From contig CAZSTA010000004.1 in assembly GCA_964609495.1 (NCBI GenBank), forward strand, positions 1 through 45,796: 45,796 nucleotides of DNA, in the 5' to 3' direction. Below, in pieces: positions 28,999-38,986 of this stretch. Below the pieces are notes generated by a model. It saw only the letters and a program-made list of their open reading frames with translations. It had not been told where the DNA came from and did no database searches. The DNA is from an uncultured bacterium. Lineage in GTDB: Bacteria > CAZSTA01. The translations under genes were made by a program, and so were the position numbers. Each line of letters begins with the position of its first letter. Position 1 is the stretch's first letter.

Positions 28999-30477
28999 AT
29001 GAAAAAATTGACAAAAGTGTTTGCGATACTGCTTTTGATAGCGATCTTCGTAACTATAGAGCTTTTACCTGCGTTTGCCGCTAAGAAAACGGTGCGTATG
29101 TTTGCTCAGGCTTTGACGCCTCGGGAGAGGTTGGAGGCTGACAGATGGAATCCACCTCAATACTTCTGGAAGCTGGAGGAGGATTATGAGGCTGATCATC
29201 CTGATGTGGATATCGATTTCCTGAAGCAGATCGCGGGCGAATATGAGGCTTGGCTGGTCACTCAAATGACCGGGGGAATCTCTCCGGAGATCGTTTGGTA
29301 TCAGAGAGGGTATATCAACCGTGATTATAAGAAGGGCTGGTTCGTTAACCTATCTCCATGGTTGGACAAGCCCAGTCCTTATGTGGAAGGAAATGAGCAT
29401 TGGATCGATACCTTCCAGGGCCCTGTCATCGCCAGTGGAACCGCTCCTGATGGCAATATCTATCTGATCACTGGTGATATCGTAGGAACGGGTGTGTTCT
29501 ATAATGTGGATCTCTTCAAGGAGCTTGGGTTCACCGTTCCGGTGCCTCATGGGGTCACTTGGGAGGAGTTTATAGATATGCAGAAAAAGATCAAAGAGAA
29601 TACCGATGTTGCTCCTTTTGCCTTGGATATGGGGGCTAGCTCGATGAGAACTGACTGGACTCTAAGAGTACTCCAAGATGTATTGCTCGATGATAAGCTA
29701 GGCGCGATCAAGGGGATCGAAGGGTATGTCGAGAGAACCTGGAAGCCTGGTGAGCCGATAACGATGGAGGAAACTGTCCGGGCTATCAAGAAAGGTGTCT
29801 ATAGTGCCAAGGATCCCGCTTGGCAGGAGCAACTAAGACTCTTGAAGGAATGGTCTCAATACTTCGAGAAGGGTTTCTTGGCTGGTCCCGATGTCTATAG
29901 ACTATACATCACGGGAAAGGCAGCGATGACCTGGGATGGAAGCTGGTCAATTAAGCCGATCGATGTCGATCCGCTACGTGAATTCGAGTACGGTATCTTT
30001 CCCCACTTCCCCAAGATCACTTCCGAGACCTCGCCCTATGTTAAGAGGGATATCCTACCTCCCGCGATGGCTGGGGTCGGCGGAGTCTTCCAGTATGCGG
30101 TCGCGGCCGAGTCTGAGAAGCGGGGAGTCCTAAACGAGTCTGTCGATTGGATGATGTATATAACTGCCCCTCAAAACATCGTTCCTCTCCTCAACGATCA
30201 GACCTCTTTCGCTCCCGGTATCAAGAATCCTGAGAATGTCGATCCCCGCCTAGGTGTCTTCGTTGATATGATGGTGGAGGCTGGAGTTGAGAGGCTTGAG
30301 CCCTATGATAGTATGCTCACCAGAGACTTCTTCGATAAGTTCTATAAGCTGGTGCAGCAATATGTCGGTGGCAAGCTGGATATGGAGCAAGTTACCGATG
30401 AGATCCAGAAGGAGATGGAGATAGCGGCTGATCTCATAATCAAGGAGCATCCTGAGTGGGAGGCTGAAAATTGGTAA
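28999..30477 (+). CDS. Carbohydrate ABC transporter substrate-binding protein
   Basis: Signal peptide ending AFA; FYNVDLFKELG, TWEEF, GKAAMTWDGSW. Confidence 0.9.
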   Translation: MKKLTKVFAILLLIAIFVTIELLPAFAAKKTVRMFAQALTPRERLEADRWNPPQYFWKLEEDYEADHPDVDIDFLKQIAGEYEAWLVTQMTGGISPEIVWYQRGYINRDYKKGWFVNLSPWLDKPSPYVEGNEHWIDTFQGPVIASGTAPDGNIYLITGDIVGTGVFYNVDLFKELGFTVPVPHGVTWEEFIDMQKKIKENTDVAPFALDMGASSMRTDWTLRVLQDVLLDDKLGAIKGIEGYVERTWKPGEPITMEETVRAIKKGVYSAKDPAWQEQLRLLKEWSQYFEKGFLAGPDVYRLYITGKAAMTWDGSWSIKPIDVDPLREFEYGIFPHFPKITSETSPYVKRDILPPAMAGVGGVFQYAVAAESEKRGVLNESVDWMMYITAPQNIVPLLNDQTSFAPGIKNPENVDPRLGVFVDMMVEAGVERLEPYDSMLTRDFFDKFYKLVQQYVGGKLDMEQVTDEIQKEMEIAADLIIKEHPEWEAENW

Positions 30478-30490
30478 ACTGATGATTGAA

Positions 30491-30540
30491 GTGGCTAGAT
30501 CTTCCTGACTTAATAAGAGGTGGATCTAGCCACCTTTGTT
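30491..30540 (+). terminator. Hairpin after the binding-protein gene (partial terminator or stabiliser)
   Basis: GTGGCTAGATCT...GGATCTAGCCAC followed by CTTTGTT. Confidence 0.6.
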
Positions 30541-30557
30541 AGCTTTGATTATAATTA

Positions 30558-31514
30558 TTGGAGGTGGGTCAATTGGCTGTAATAAGTAGGAGAAGAGGGG
30601 GATCTGGCTTTAAAGCCTTAACTAAAGAGATAGCAAAGAAGAAATTCTGTTACCTGATTTTAATCCCTTCCTTCGCCCTATTGATGACTTTCAATTATTA
30701 TCCTGCCTTTTCCGCCCTCTATCATTCTGCGTTCAACTGGAATGGATTTAACCTTAACGAGTTTGTGGGGATCGGTAATTTCAAGGAGATGTGGAACGAT
30801 CCCATCATCCGAGTATCGGTATTAAACTTGATTAAATTAACTACTGCGGCGCTGATAATCGCCTTGACCTTTCCCTTGATAGCCGCCGAACTCATCTTCC
30901 ATCTGCGGAACTTAAAATTCGCCTATTTCTATCGAATCCTCTTTGTTGTGCCTATGGTAGTCCCTGGTATGGTTAATCTCCTGATCTGGAAGTTCATATA
31001 CGATCCAAATCTAGGACTTATCAATCAGATTCTAGGGGGTCTGGGGCTTGAGGATTTGCAAAGAGCCTGGCTGGGAGATTTCGATATATCCCTCTTCGCG
31101 ATTATATTTGTGGGATTTCCCTGGGTATCTGGTTTCTCCCTGCTTATCTACCTAGCAGGACTTCAGAACATCCCTCCCACTATTTTCGATGCCGCGGCTA
31201 TAGATGGAGCTTCGGGACTGACTAGGATATTCAGGATCGATCTCCCTATGATCACCGCTCAGATCAAATTACTCCTGATCTTAGCCTTGATCGGGGTATT
31301 GCAAGGTTTTGTCAATATTATGATCTTAACGGGGGGCGGACCGGGTAATGTAACTATGGTGCCAGCGCTTCATATGTATAATAGCGGCTTCTTATACGGA
31401 AGGATGGGCTATGCTTGCGCTATAGGAACAGCTCTTTTTGTAGTTATCTTGACTCTGACCTATATAAACCTGAAGTATATCAGATCTAGTTCTGAATATA
31501 CCCCATCTTCTTAA
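30558..31514 (+). CDS. Carbohydrate ABC transporter permease
   Basis: FVGIGNF; YLAGLQNIP...DAAAIDGA (EAA loop); TGGGPG. Confidence 0.92.
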   Translation: MEVGQLAVISRRRGGSGFKALTKEIAKKKFCYLILIPSFALLMTFNYYPAFSALYHSAFNWNGFNLNEFVGIGNFKEMWNDPIIRVSVLNLIKLTTAALIIALTFPLIAAELIFHLRNLKFAYFYRILFVVPMVVPGMVNLLIWKFIYDPNLGLINQILGGLGLEDLQRAWLGDFDISLFAIIFVGFPWVSGFSLLIYLAGLQNIPPTIFDAAAIDGASGLTRIFRIDLPMITAQIKLLLILALIGVLQGFVNIMILTGGGPGNVTMVPALHMYNSGFLYGRMGYACAIGTALFVVILTLTYINLKYIRSSSEYTPSS

Positions 31515-31530
31515 AGTTGAGGAGGAGATT

Positions 31531-32376
31531 ATGACTAAGAGGAATCCCAAGGCTAAGGAATTTAGAAATGATCTGCCCATTCACATAATATTATTGCTCA
31601 TCGCTAGCATTACCTTCTATCCCTTTATCTTTATGATAATAACTTCCTTTAAGGATAACGCTCAATTTATGCATCACTTCTTCGGGGTAACTTATCCTCT
31701 CCACTTCTCGAATTATCAAGATGCCTGGAGTCAGATCAGCGGCTATATATTAAACAGCATCATCGTTACTAGCGGTTCTGTTCTTGGAGTGCTGATCCTA
31801 TCGAGTGCGGTAGCGTATATTTTCGCCCGATTCGATTTTCCCGGCAGGGATTTCTTTTTCCTCGCCATCATCTCCCTACTTATGATCCCTGGCATCCTAA
31901 CTTTAGTCCCTGCCTTCCTGGTTGTCAAGAGATTGAATCTTTTAGATACCAGGTGGGCCCTGCTCTTGCCCTATATCTCTGGAGGACAGGTATTCGCTAT
32001 CTTCGTTCTAAGGAGCTTCTTCTCCTCTATCCCTGAAGAGCTTCTGGAGGCGGCCAGAATCGATGGAGCCGACGAGTTCCAATGCTTCTTCAAAGTAGTT
32101 ATGCCCCTATCAGGAGCTATATTAACCACGGTAGCTATTATGAATGTTCTATGGACTTGGAACGATTATGTATGGCCTCTAGTTACCTTAGCCGACGATA
32201 GCCTGTGGACTATCACTTTAGGATTAGTCGGCTTCCAGAGTCAATATGCTGGTATGGAGCTATGGGGACCCCTATTTGCTGGCTATGTGATAGCCTCCAT
32301 TCCCTTAATAATGCTATTCTTCTTCACGATGAGATATTTCGTAGCTGGTCTAACCTCTGGAGCATTGAAGATCTAA
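31531..32376 (+). CDS. Carbohydrate ABC transporter permease
   Basis: IPEELLEAARIDGA, WNDYVWPL, FVAGLTSGALK. Confidence 0.93.
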   Translation: MTKRNPKAKEFRNDLPIHIILLLIASITFYPFIFMIITSFKDNAQFMHHFFGVTYPLHFSNYQDAWSQISGYILNSIIVTSGSVLGVLILSSAVAYIFARFDFPGRDFFFLAIISLLMIPGILTLVPAFLVVKRLNLLDTRWALLLPYISGGQVFAIFVLRSFFSSIPEELLEAARIDGADEFQCFFKVVMPLSGAILTTVAIMNVLWTWNDYVWPLVTLADDSLWTITLGLVGFQSQYAGMELWGPLFAGYVIASIPLIMLFFFTMRYFVAGLTSGALKI

Positions 32377-32536
32377 GATCTGCTAGGGGGTATTATTTAC
32401 CGCTTGAGAATAATATAAAGCTCTTCTGGATATATCCAGTTGAGCTTTCTTGCTGTTTTATTCCACCAATGGCAGTTGAAAAACTGAGAGAAAGATCGAG
32501 CTAAAAATTATAGTAAAAAGGAGAAGTGACTTTATA

Positions 32537-33679
32537 ATGAAGGAATTGAGGGTAGGAATAGTTGGTTATGGCTTCATCGGTAGGATGCATACCCTAGCTT
32601 ACCTTAATATCCCCCTCTATTACGATCCCTTTCCAGCCGATATTAAATTAGTTGGAGTGTGTGCCGCCAGTCAAGCTAGTTGTGATCGAGCGATGCACCA
32701 AGCGGGATACGAATTTTGCACCACTGATTATAAGGAGCTAATTCGAAGAGATGATATTAATGTGATAAACTGCTGTGCTCCCAACTATCTACACTATGAT
32801 ATTTTAATCGAGGCTATGAAGCATGGCAAGGATATCTATTGTGAGAAACCCCTAGCGATGAACGTCGCTGAAGCTAGGGAGATAGTTGAATTAGCCAGGG
32901 AAACTGGAATCAAAAACCAGATGACCCTGATGTATCGATTTGTCCCAGCTATGATGAGAGCTAAGCAACTGGTGGAGGAGAATTTTTTAGGTCGAGTATT
33001 CTCCTTTCGTGCCGCCTATCTCCATTCAGGCTATATCGATCCCAAGAGACCAATGTCCTGGAGACTCGATAAATCCCAAGGAGGCGGTGGAGCCCTCTAT
33101 GATCTAGGCTCTCATATCTTAGATTTAGTTCGATATCTACTAGGAGATTTCGAGAGCGTCTATGCGATGACCGAGACCTTCATTAAGGAGAGACCTCTCC
33201 CTCACGAGCCTGATAAGATGGCTAAGGTGGAAGTTGATGATATCTCTATATTAATGCTGAGGATGAAAAACGGGGCTATCGGGACCCTAGAGGCATCCAG
33301 ATTAGCTACCGGGGTCGATGATGAACTGCGGATAGAGATTCATGGGAGCGAGGGAGCTATCAGATTTAACCTGATGGATCCGAACTGGTTGGAGGTATAT
33401 GATAATAGGGATAAAAGCGGCCCTATCGGTGGTGATAGAGGTTTCAAGAAGATCGAGACGATCCAGGGATATCCCAAGCCAGCGGCTTTTCCTGGTCCCA
33501 AATTCAGCATCGGTTGGACTCGCTATCATATAGCCAGCCTCTATGACTTCGCAACTCATATCATTGAGGATACTCCTACTTCTCCCAATTTTGAGGATGG
33601 ACTTCGAGTTCAGGAGGTGATGGAAGCAGGGTATAAATCGGCTGAAGAGCAGAGTTGGATCTCCATATCTCCGATGTAA
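32537..33679 (+). CDS. Gfo/Idh/MocA family oxidoreductase
   Basis: GIVGYGFIG, YCEKPLA, GGGALYDLGSHILD. Confidence 0.92.
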   Translation: MKELRVGIVGYGFIGRMHTLAYLNIPLYYDPFPADIKLVGVCAASQASCDRAMHQAGYEFCTTDYKELIRRDDINVINCCAPNYLHYDILIEAMKHGKDIYCEKPLAMNVAEAREIVELARETGIKNQMTLMYRFVPAMMRAKQLVEENFLGRVFSFRAAYLHSGYIDPKRPMSWRLDKSQGGGGALYDLGSHILDLVRYLLGDFESVYAMTETFIKERPLPHEPDKMAKVEVDDISILMLRMKNGAIGTLEASRLATGVDDELRIEIHGSEGAIRFNLMDPNWLEVYDNRDKSGPIGGDRGFKKIETIQGYPKPAAFPGPKFSIGWTRYHIASLYDFATHIIEDTPTSPNFEDGLRVQEVMEAGYKSAEEQSWISISPM

Positions 33680-33712
33680 CAATTACATTAATATTTTCAA
33701 GGAGGAAGTAAT

Positions 33713-34345
33713 ATGGAAAAGAGGATGATGTTATGTATCGCCGTTCTAGCTCTAGTGAGCTATGGGGGATTTATTGCCTATGCAGGAGGTATGGGCCCAG
33801 TTGAATCTTGTGCTATTATCCCTTCAGGGGATAGCGCCATATTGAATTTTCATGCCTTCTGTATAGATTATGGTAAGAACTTCCCCGAGGAATTAAATCC
33901 GCCGGCTGGTTTAGCTGAGGATGGAGTGCGATCAGCGATCTATTGTGGTTATGAAAATGATTATACCCTCAAAAATTTCTACCAAGTTCAACTTGCTATC
34001 TGGCATCAAGTCGATGGGACCTGGTATGATGAGGATCGAGCCTTAGCTGAGGAGATCGATGCCTGTGCCTCCGAGTATATTCCGCCGATAGATCTAGTTA
34101 GTCCGGGTATCCCGTTACATAAGGCGCTCGATGAAGGTCTCGTCAAGATAACCTATCTGAAATGGGAGGCTATTGAAGATCCAAAGGGACGGCTGGATTG
34201 GGAATACTATGGGGTAGGTCAGATGAAGATAGAGAATCTCACCGATGAGAAACTCACCGTTCATTTAGCCTATGGCACTGTGTTGCCTCCTAAATCGGAA
34301 GATGAGCAGAATATGGCCGCGTTTGACTTCGATGATTGCCCTTAG
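33713..34345 (+). CDS. Secreted protein with thioester-domain-like motifs
   Basis: Signal peptide; AFCID, VQLAIW and C-terminal EQNM motifs. Confidence 0.55.
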   Translation: MEKRMMLCIAVLALVSYGGFIAYAGGMGPVESCAIIPSGDSAILNFHAFCIDYGKNFPEELNPPAGLAEDGVRSAIYCGYENDYTLKNFYQVQLAIWHQVDGTWYDEDRALAEEIDACASEYIPPIDLVSPGIPLHKALDEGLVKITYLKWEAIEDPKGRLDWEYYGVGQMKIENLTDEKLTVHLAYGTVLPPKSEDEQNMAAFDFDDCP

Positions 34346-34376
34346 TTTCCATCTTCCCGAATAGGAGAGCGAATCA

Positions 34377-34874
34377 ATGGTTCTTAGAACATTCAAGACT
34401 AAGGATGGCAAAAAGGGTATCATTATCCGCTATCTTCGCGAGGATGATACTGATTTGCTCTACGAACTATTTCAAGGTTACTCCGAGAGATCGATTTATT
34501 TCTTTCATCCTCATAAATTCGATTACGGAAATGCCGAGCGTATAACCTCCAGCTTAGCCAATTCCCCTGACTATTACATAATAGCTGTCACTACTGAGGG
34601 AGAGGCTACCGGTTATGCTTTCTGGGTCGAGGGTGATAAACCGATTCCTGGGTTAGGGATTGGGGTTAAGGATAAATATCATGAATTGGGGATCGGGACC
34701 CAATTGATGGAGACCATGATAGAATTAGCGAGGCAGAGAAAGAAAAAGGGATTAAGACTCACCGTCCTCAAGGACAATTTCAGAGCTCAATATGTCTATA
34801 AAAAAGTGGGCTTCAAATTCACAGGAGAGGAGACTGAGGATTCCGCTGAGTTCTGGATGGAATTAACCTTGTGA
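34377..34874 (+). CDS. GNAT family N-acetyltransferase
   Basis: LGIGVKDKYHELGIGTQLM; DNFRAQYVYKKVGF. Confidence 0.88.
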   Translation: MVLRTFKTKDGKKGIIIRYLREDDTDLLYELFQGYSERSIYFFHPHKFDYGNAERITSSLANSPDYYIIAVTTEGEATGYAFWVEGDKPIPGLGIGVKDKYHELGIGTQLMETMIELARQRKKKGLRLTVLKDNFRAQYVYKKVGFKFTGEETEDSAEFWMELTL

Positions 34875-34955
34875 GCAATAGATCGAAAAAGGGGTCTTGG
34901 ATTTCCAGTAATAAGGGCATCTTCTAGTTATGAGAATAAATATCTATGGAGGGAA

Positions 34956-34988
34956 GCTGGCGGATTCAAAAGGTCCGCCGGTATTTTC
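34956..34988 (+). terminator. Probable intrinsic terminator
   Basis: GCTGGCGGATT-loop-GGTCCGCCGGT followed by ATTTT. Confidence 0.55.
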
Positions 34989-35035
34989 CGATAAGCACCC
35001 CAGGTTTTATTTGCTCCCAATAAAAGCAATAGCTA

Positions 35036-35064
35036 TTGACAAAGAGACAGATATTTGGTATGAT
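35036..35064 (+). promoter_or_regulatory. Sigma70 promoter
   Basis: TTGACA-17 nt-TATGAT with extended TG. Confidence 0.8.
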
Positions 35065-35069
35065 ACTGT

Positions 35070-35255
35070 AGTTGGCATACTCCAGCGACTTTAGTCGTTG
35101 GGATTCTGGGGGCAAGCAGTGAAAGCCAACTGAGTTGGTCTTATGTCACCTAGTCCGAGAGGTGAGGGGGCGCCCCAACTCTAAGGATTCAGCATTTCTT
35201 TAGGTCTAGCTGAAAGTGCAATGGGTATTTTACCACGCCTATTGCAAATGCTGAA
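35070..35255 (+). ncRNA. Unassigned structured RNA (candidate riboswitch leader or sRNA) upstream of hppA
   Basis: Three consecutive nested stem domains beginning at the predicted TSS; G-U pairs favour the plus strand. Confidence 0.55.
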
Positions 35256-35493
35256 AAGGGTTAGATTATTTTGGGAATTGATTTTACACAACAGCCCTTG
35301 ACCTGTTGTAACCTCATATCAATTATCAAAGAGCTACATAACATATTATATCATAAAAAAGCGATATGTTCAGGAAGAAATTTAAATTTTTATTCGATTA
35401 TGCTTTGCATAATATAGTCATTTATCCAACGACTATTCTTTCTGGCAAGGAGATCGTAAAATTTAAAGAAAGGGAGGAGCAAAGAGAAAAAGT

Positions 35494-37554
35494 ATGGGAG
35501 CATTACTGTTAACAGCCCTAGCTGGGCTAATTGGTTTAGTCTTCGTGGGTTATCTAATCAGAACTGTCTTATCTAAAGATAGGGGTAGCGGTATGATTCA
35601 AGAGCTTTCTGGTTATATCCACGAGGGGGCAATGGCTTTTCTTTTCCGAGAGTATAGATCTATACTCATCTTTGTAGCTATCGTGGCGATAGTTATAATC
35701 TTCGGTATCAATCCGGCAACGGGATTAGCGTTTATCCTGGGAGCTGGTTGTTCAATCGCGGCTGGATATATCGGGATGCAAATCTCCACAAGAGCTAATG
35801 GTCGCACCACCCAGGCGGCTACCCAGGGTTTCAGCGAGGCGATGGCGGTAGCTTTCCCTGGCGGAGCGGTTATGGGAATGTCTGTAGTAAGTATTGGACT
35901 ATTCGCCTTAGCTGTCCTCTACTACATCTTCAGCGGAGCGGATTCGATAATAACGAACATCGAGATGCTGAGTGTAACAAGCACTTTAGCTGGCTTCAGC
36001 ATGGGAGCTAGCTCGGTAGCCTTGTTCGCCAGAGTAGGAGGGGGAATATATACTAAGGCGGCTGATGTAGGCGCTGACTTAGTCGGCAAGGTGGAGGCTG
36101 GAATCCCCGAGGATGATCCTCGTAACCCCGCGGTTATCGCTGACTTGGTGGGAGATAATGTAGGTGATGTGGCAGGTATGGGAGCCGATTTATATGAATC
36201 CTATGTGGGATCGATCGTTGCAGGGCTAGTTCTCGCGGCAACTACGCTTCCAGATAACCTCAAGTGGAAGGGGATTTCTTTATGTTTCCTCTTAGCGGCT
36301 ATTGGCATCCTCTCCTCTATAATTGGCAGTTTCTTCGTGAGAACGAGTGGGAGTAAAGTTGATCCTGGTAGCGCTCAGAGATCTCTAAGATATGGGATGA
36401 TAGCTAGCGCGATCCTCTTCTTAATTGGGTCGGCTCTCCTGATAGGCTTCTGGTATGGCGATATGAACGTTCTCTATGCTGCTGCCGCCGGATTGATAGC
36501 GGGAATGGCGATCGGTTTCACCGCTGAGTATTATACCTCTGGCAAGTCGATCCGGACTATCGCCGAAACATCCACGACTGGAGCCGCAACTACCATTATC
36601 CAGGGAATAGCGACCGGTATGAAAAGCACTATTCTGCCTTTGGTGTTAATCGGTTTAGCTATTATGATAGCTTATAGTGTTACTAGTGGAACTTCTGGCT
36701 TCTTCGGTATCGCGATCGCGGCTATCGGGATGCTCTCGATCACTGGAGTGACTGTGGCAGTAGATGCTTATGGTCCCATCTCCGATAACGCTGGTGGTAT
36801 CGCCGAGATGTCTCACCAGAGGGAGGAAGTTCGTAAGATCACGGACTCCCTCGATGCCGCGGGGAATACTACTGCCGCTATTGCCAAGGGCTTTGCCATA
36901 GGCTCTGCGGCTTTGACCGCTCTGGCACTTTTCATGGCTTATATCCATGCGGCTAATATAAAATTTGAAGACCTTAGCATCCTCAACTATAAGGTCATAT
37001 CAGGCCTCTTCATCGGGGGAGTCATACCCTATATCTTCGCTTCAGCGACGATGCAAGCGGTAGGACGAGCTGCTTTTAGCGTAGTGGAGGAGGTCCGTCG
37101 TCAGTTCAGGGAGATCAAGGGATTAATGGAAGGAGAGGCTACCGCCGAGTATACCAAGTGTGTAGATATCACTACTGCTAGAGCTTTGAAGGAGATGATC
37201 GGTCCAGGAATCCTGGCGGTTTTAATTCCCATCGTGTTAGGCTCTATCTTTGGAGCGGAGATGTTGGGTGGCATCCTAGCCGGCTCTTTGGTGACTGGTG
37301 TTCCTCTAGCGGTGATGATGGCTAATGCCGGTGGTGCTTGGGATAATGCCAAGAAGTATATCGAGGAGGGTAACTTAGGAGGAAAAGGCTCCGATGCTCA
37401 TAAAGCCGCAGTAGTGGGCGATACTGTTGGCGATCCCTTTAAAGATACTTCTTCTCCTTCGATGAATATCCTCCTAAAGCTGATGGCAGTTGTCTCTCTG
37501 GTATTCGCTCCCTTGATTATAGCTATACATCAATGGCTCGTAGGACTCTTCTAA
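35494..37554 (+). CDS. hppA: K+-dependent membrane pyrophosphatase, probably Na+-translocating
   Basis: [33 protein letters not shown] (K+-dependent type), [16 protein letters not shown]. Confidence 0.95.
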   Translation: MGALLLTALAGLIGLVFVGYLIRTVLSKDRGSGMIQELSGYIHEGAMAFLFREYRSILIFVAIVAIVIIFGINPATGLAFILGAGCSIAAGYIGMQISTRANGRTTQAATQGFSEAMAVAFPGGAVMGMSVVSIGLFALAVLYYIFSGADSIITNIEMLSVTSTLAGFSMGASSVALFARVGGGIYTKAADVGADLVGKVEAGIPEDDPRNPAVIADLVGDNVGDVAGMGADLYESYVGSIVAGLVLAATTLPDNLKWKGISLCFLLAAIGILSSIIGSFFVRTSGSKVDPGSAQRSLRYGMIASAILFLIGSALLIGFWYGDMNVLYAAAAGLIAGMAIGFTAEYYTSGKSIRTIAETSTTGAATTIIQGIATGMKSTILPLVLIGLAIMIAYSVTSGTSGFFGIAIAAIGMLSITGVTVAVDAYGPISDNAGGIAEMSHQREEVRKITDSLDAAGNTTAAIAKGFAIGSAALTALALFMAYIHAANIKFEDLSILNYKVISGLFIGGVIPYIFASATMQAVGRAAFSVVEEVRRQFREIKGLMEGEATAEYTKCVDITTARALKEMIGPGILAVLIPIVLGSIFGAEMLGGILAGSLVTGVPLAVMMANAGGAWDNAKKYIEEGNLGGKGSDAHKAAVVGDTVGDPFKDTSSPSMNILLKLMAVVSLVFAPLIIAIHQWLVGLF

Positions 37555-37586
37555 TTAGGATAATTACAGAGTAAGGCGAAATAAAA

Positions 37587-37629
37587 CCTAGAAGCTCTCC
37601 GATTTTCACTTGATCTAAGAGCTTCTAGG
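37587..37629. other. 12-bp hairpin after hppA
   Basis: CCTAGAAGCTCT...AGAGCTTCTAGG. Confidence 0.55.
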
Positions 37630-37714
37630 GGGAGTTCTTCTATTGTTATTTTCTGAAGATCGACTGATTCTGTCCGTTTAGCTGCTATAGGGAAATAGGA
37701 GAGGAGATAAAGCT

Positions 37715-38935
37715 ATGAGTGAAGTATCTGGCGGAAAAGAAGATAAGAGGGAAACTCTAAAAGAGCTAATAAAGAGATTGCATGAAGGTGCAAATCCCGA
37801 GGAGATAAAAGAAAAATTTAAAGAAGTGATAAAAGATACCACCCCGACTGAAATATCCCAAATAGAAGAAGAACTCATAAAAGAGGGTATGCCGAGGGAG
37901 GAAATCCAGAGACTCTGTGATGTTCACCTTGCTGTATTCAGAGAGTCGCTTGAAGAAGAGGAGATCTCAGCGCCTGTAGGACATCCAATTCGTATTCTTA
38001 GGGAAGAGCACAAAATGCTCCTAAAATTTGCCGAGGAACTGAGGAATACTGCAAAAGAGATAAAGGGGACAAAAGACTTTGCTTCTGCTGATGAAGAGAT
38101 GAAACAATTAAGCCATATCGCAGAGCATTTTAAGGGATCAGAAAGCCACTACTCGCGGGAAGAAAATGTCCTCTTCCCTTATATTGAGAAACATGGGATC
38201 ACCCAACCTCCAGCAATTATGTGGATGGAGCACGACAAGATAAGAGGGATAGAGGAAAATCTCTACTGGGTTATTGATACTCGCGAGAGTATGGTTTCTC
38301 AAGATTTTGCAGAACAACTGGAGGAAGCGTCGCTATCCTTGGCTGATATGCTCTCGAGTCATTTTTATAAGGAAAATAACATCCTCTTTCCGACCGCTTT
38401 AAAGACTATAGGAGAAAATGAATGGAGAGATATAAGAGAGCAATTTGATGAACTTGGCTATTGCTGTTTCACCCCTGAACCTGCGAGGATAGCTATTGAA
38501 GAGGTAGAGGCACCAACTTCTGAACCTGAGGCGGAGGGCGTGGTTTCCTTCGAAACTGGCACTTTATCAAAAGAGGTGGTCGAAGCAATTTTTAACACCC
38601 TGCCAGTGGATATTACTTTTGTAGATAAAGATGACACTGTGCGATACTTCAGCCAATCCAAAGAGAGAATTTTCGTGAGAGCAAAAGCAGTGATTGGACG
38701 AAAAGTTCAGCAATGCCATTCTCAAAAGAGCATACACCTCGTTAATCAGATATTGGAGGACTTCAAGAGTGGTCGCAGGGAGGTAGCCGAGTTTTGGATT
38801 AATTTGGAGGGAAGGTTAATCTATATCCGGTACTTTCCTGTTCGTAACAAAAACGGAGATTACCTGGGATGTATAGAAGTAACCCAGGACATAACAGATA
38901 TAAAAAAGATCAAGGGAGAAAGGAGATTGTTATAA
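37715..38935 (+). CDS. DUF438 / hemerythrin-like / PAS domain protein
   Basis: LIKRLHEG, RLCDVH, GHP, HYSREENVLFP, MWMEHD, KENNILFP, LPVDITFVD...IGRKVQQCH. Confidence 0.88.
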   Translation: MSEVSGGKEDKRETLKELIKRLHEGANPEEIKEKFKEVIKDTTPTEISQIEEELIKEGMPREEIQRLCDVHLAVFRESLEEEEISAPVGHPIRILREEHKMLLKFAEELRNTAKEIKGTKDFASADEEMKQLSHIAEHFKGSESHYSREENVLFPYIEKHGITQPPAIMWMEHDKIRGIEENLYWVIDTRESMVSQDFAEQLEEASLSLADMLSSHFYKENNILFPTALKTIGENEWRDIREQFDELGYCCFTPEPARIAIEEVEAPTSEPEAEGVVSFETGTLSKEVVEAIFNTLPVDITFVDKDDTVRYFSQSKERIFVRAKAVIGRKVQQCHSQKSIHLVNQILEDFKSGRREVAEFWINLEGRLIYIRYFPVRNKNGDYLGCIEVTQDITDIKKIKGERRLL

Positions 38936-38986
38936 TAAGGGCAAACGCCTTGCCCTACTCCTGATCGAGAAAGGGGAAAATAGAGT

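Noticed and set aside
35070-35255. tRNA, tmRNA, SRP, 6S, RNase P or a common riboswitch
   Set aside because: No diagnostic motifs recognised by eye; an Rfam scan is still needed
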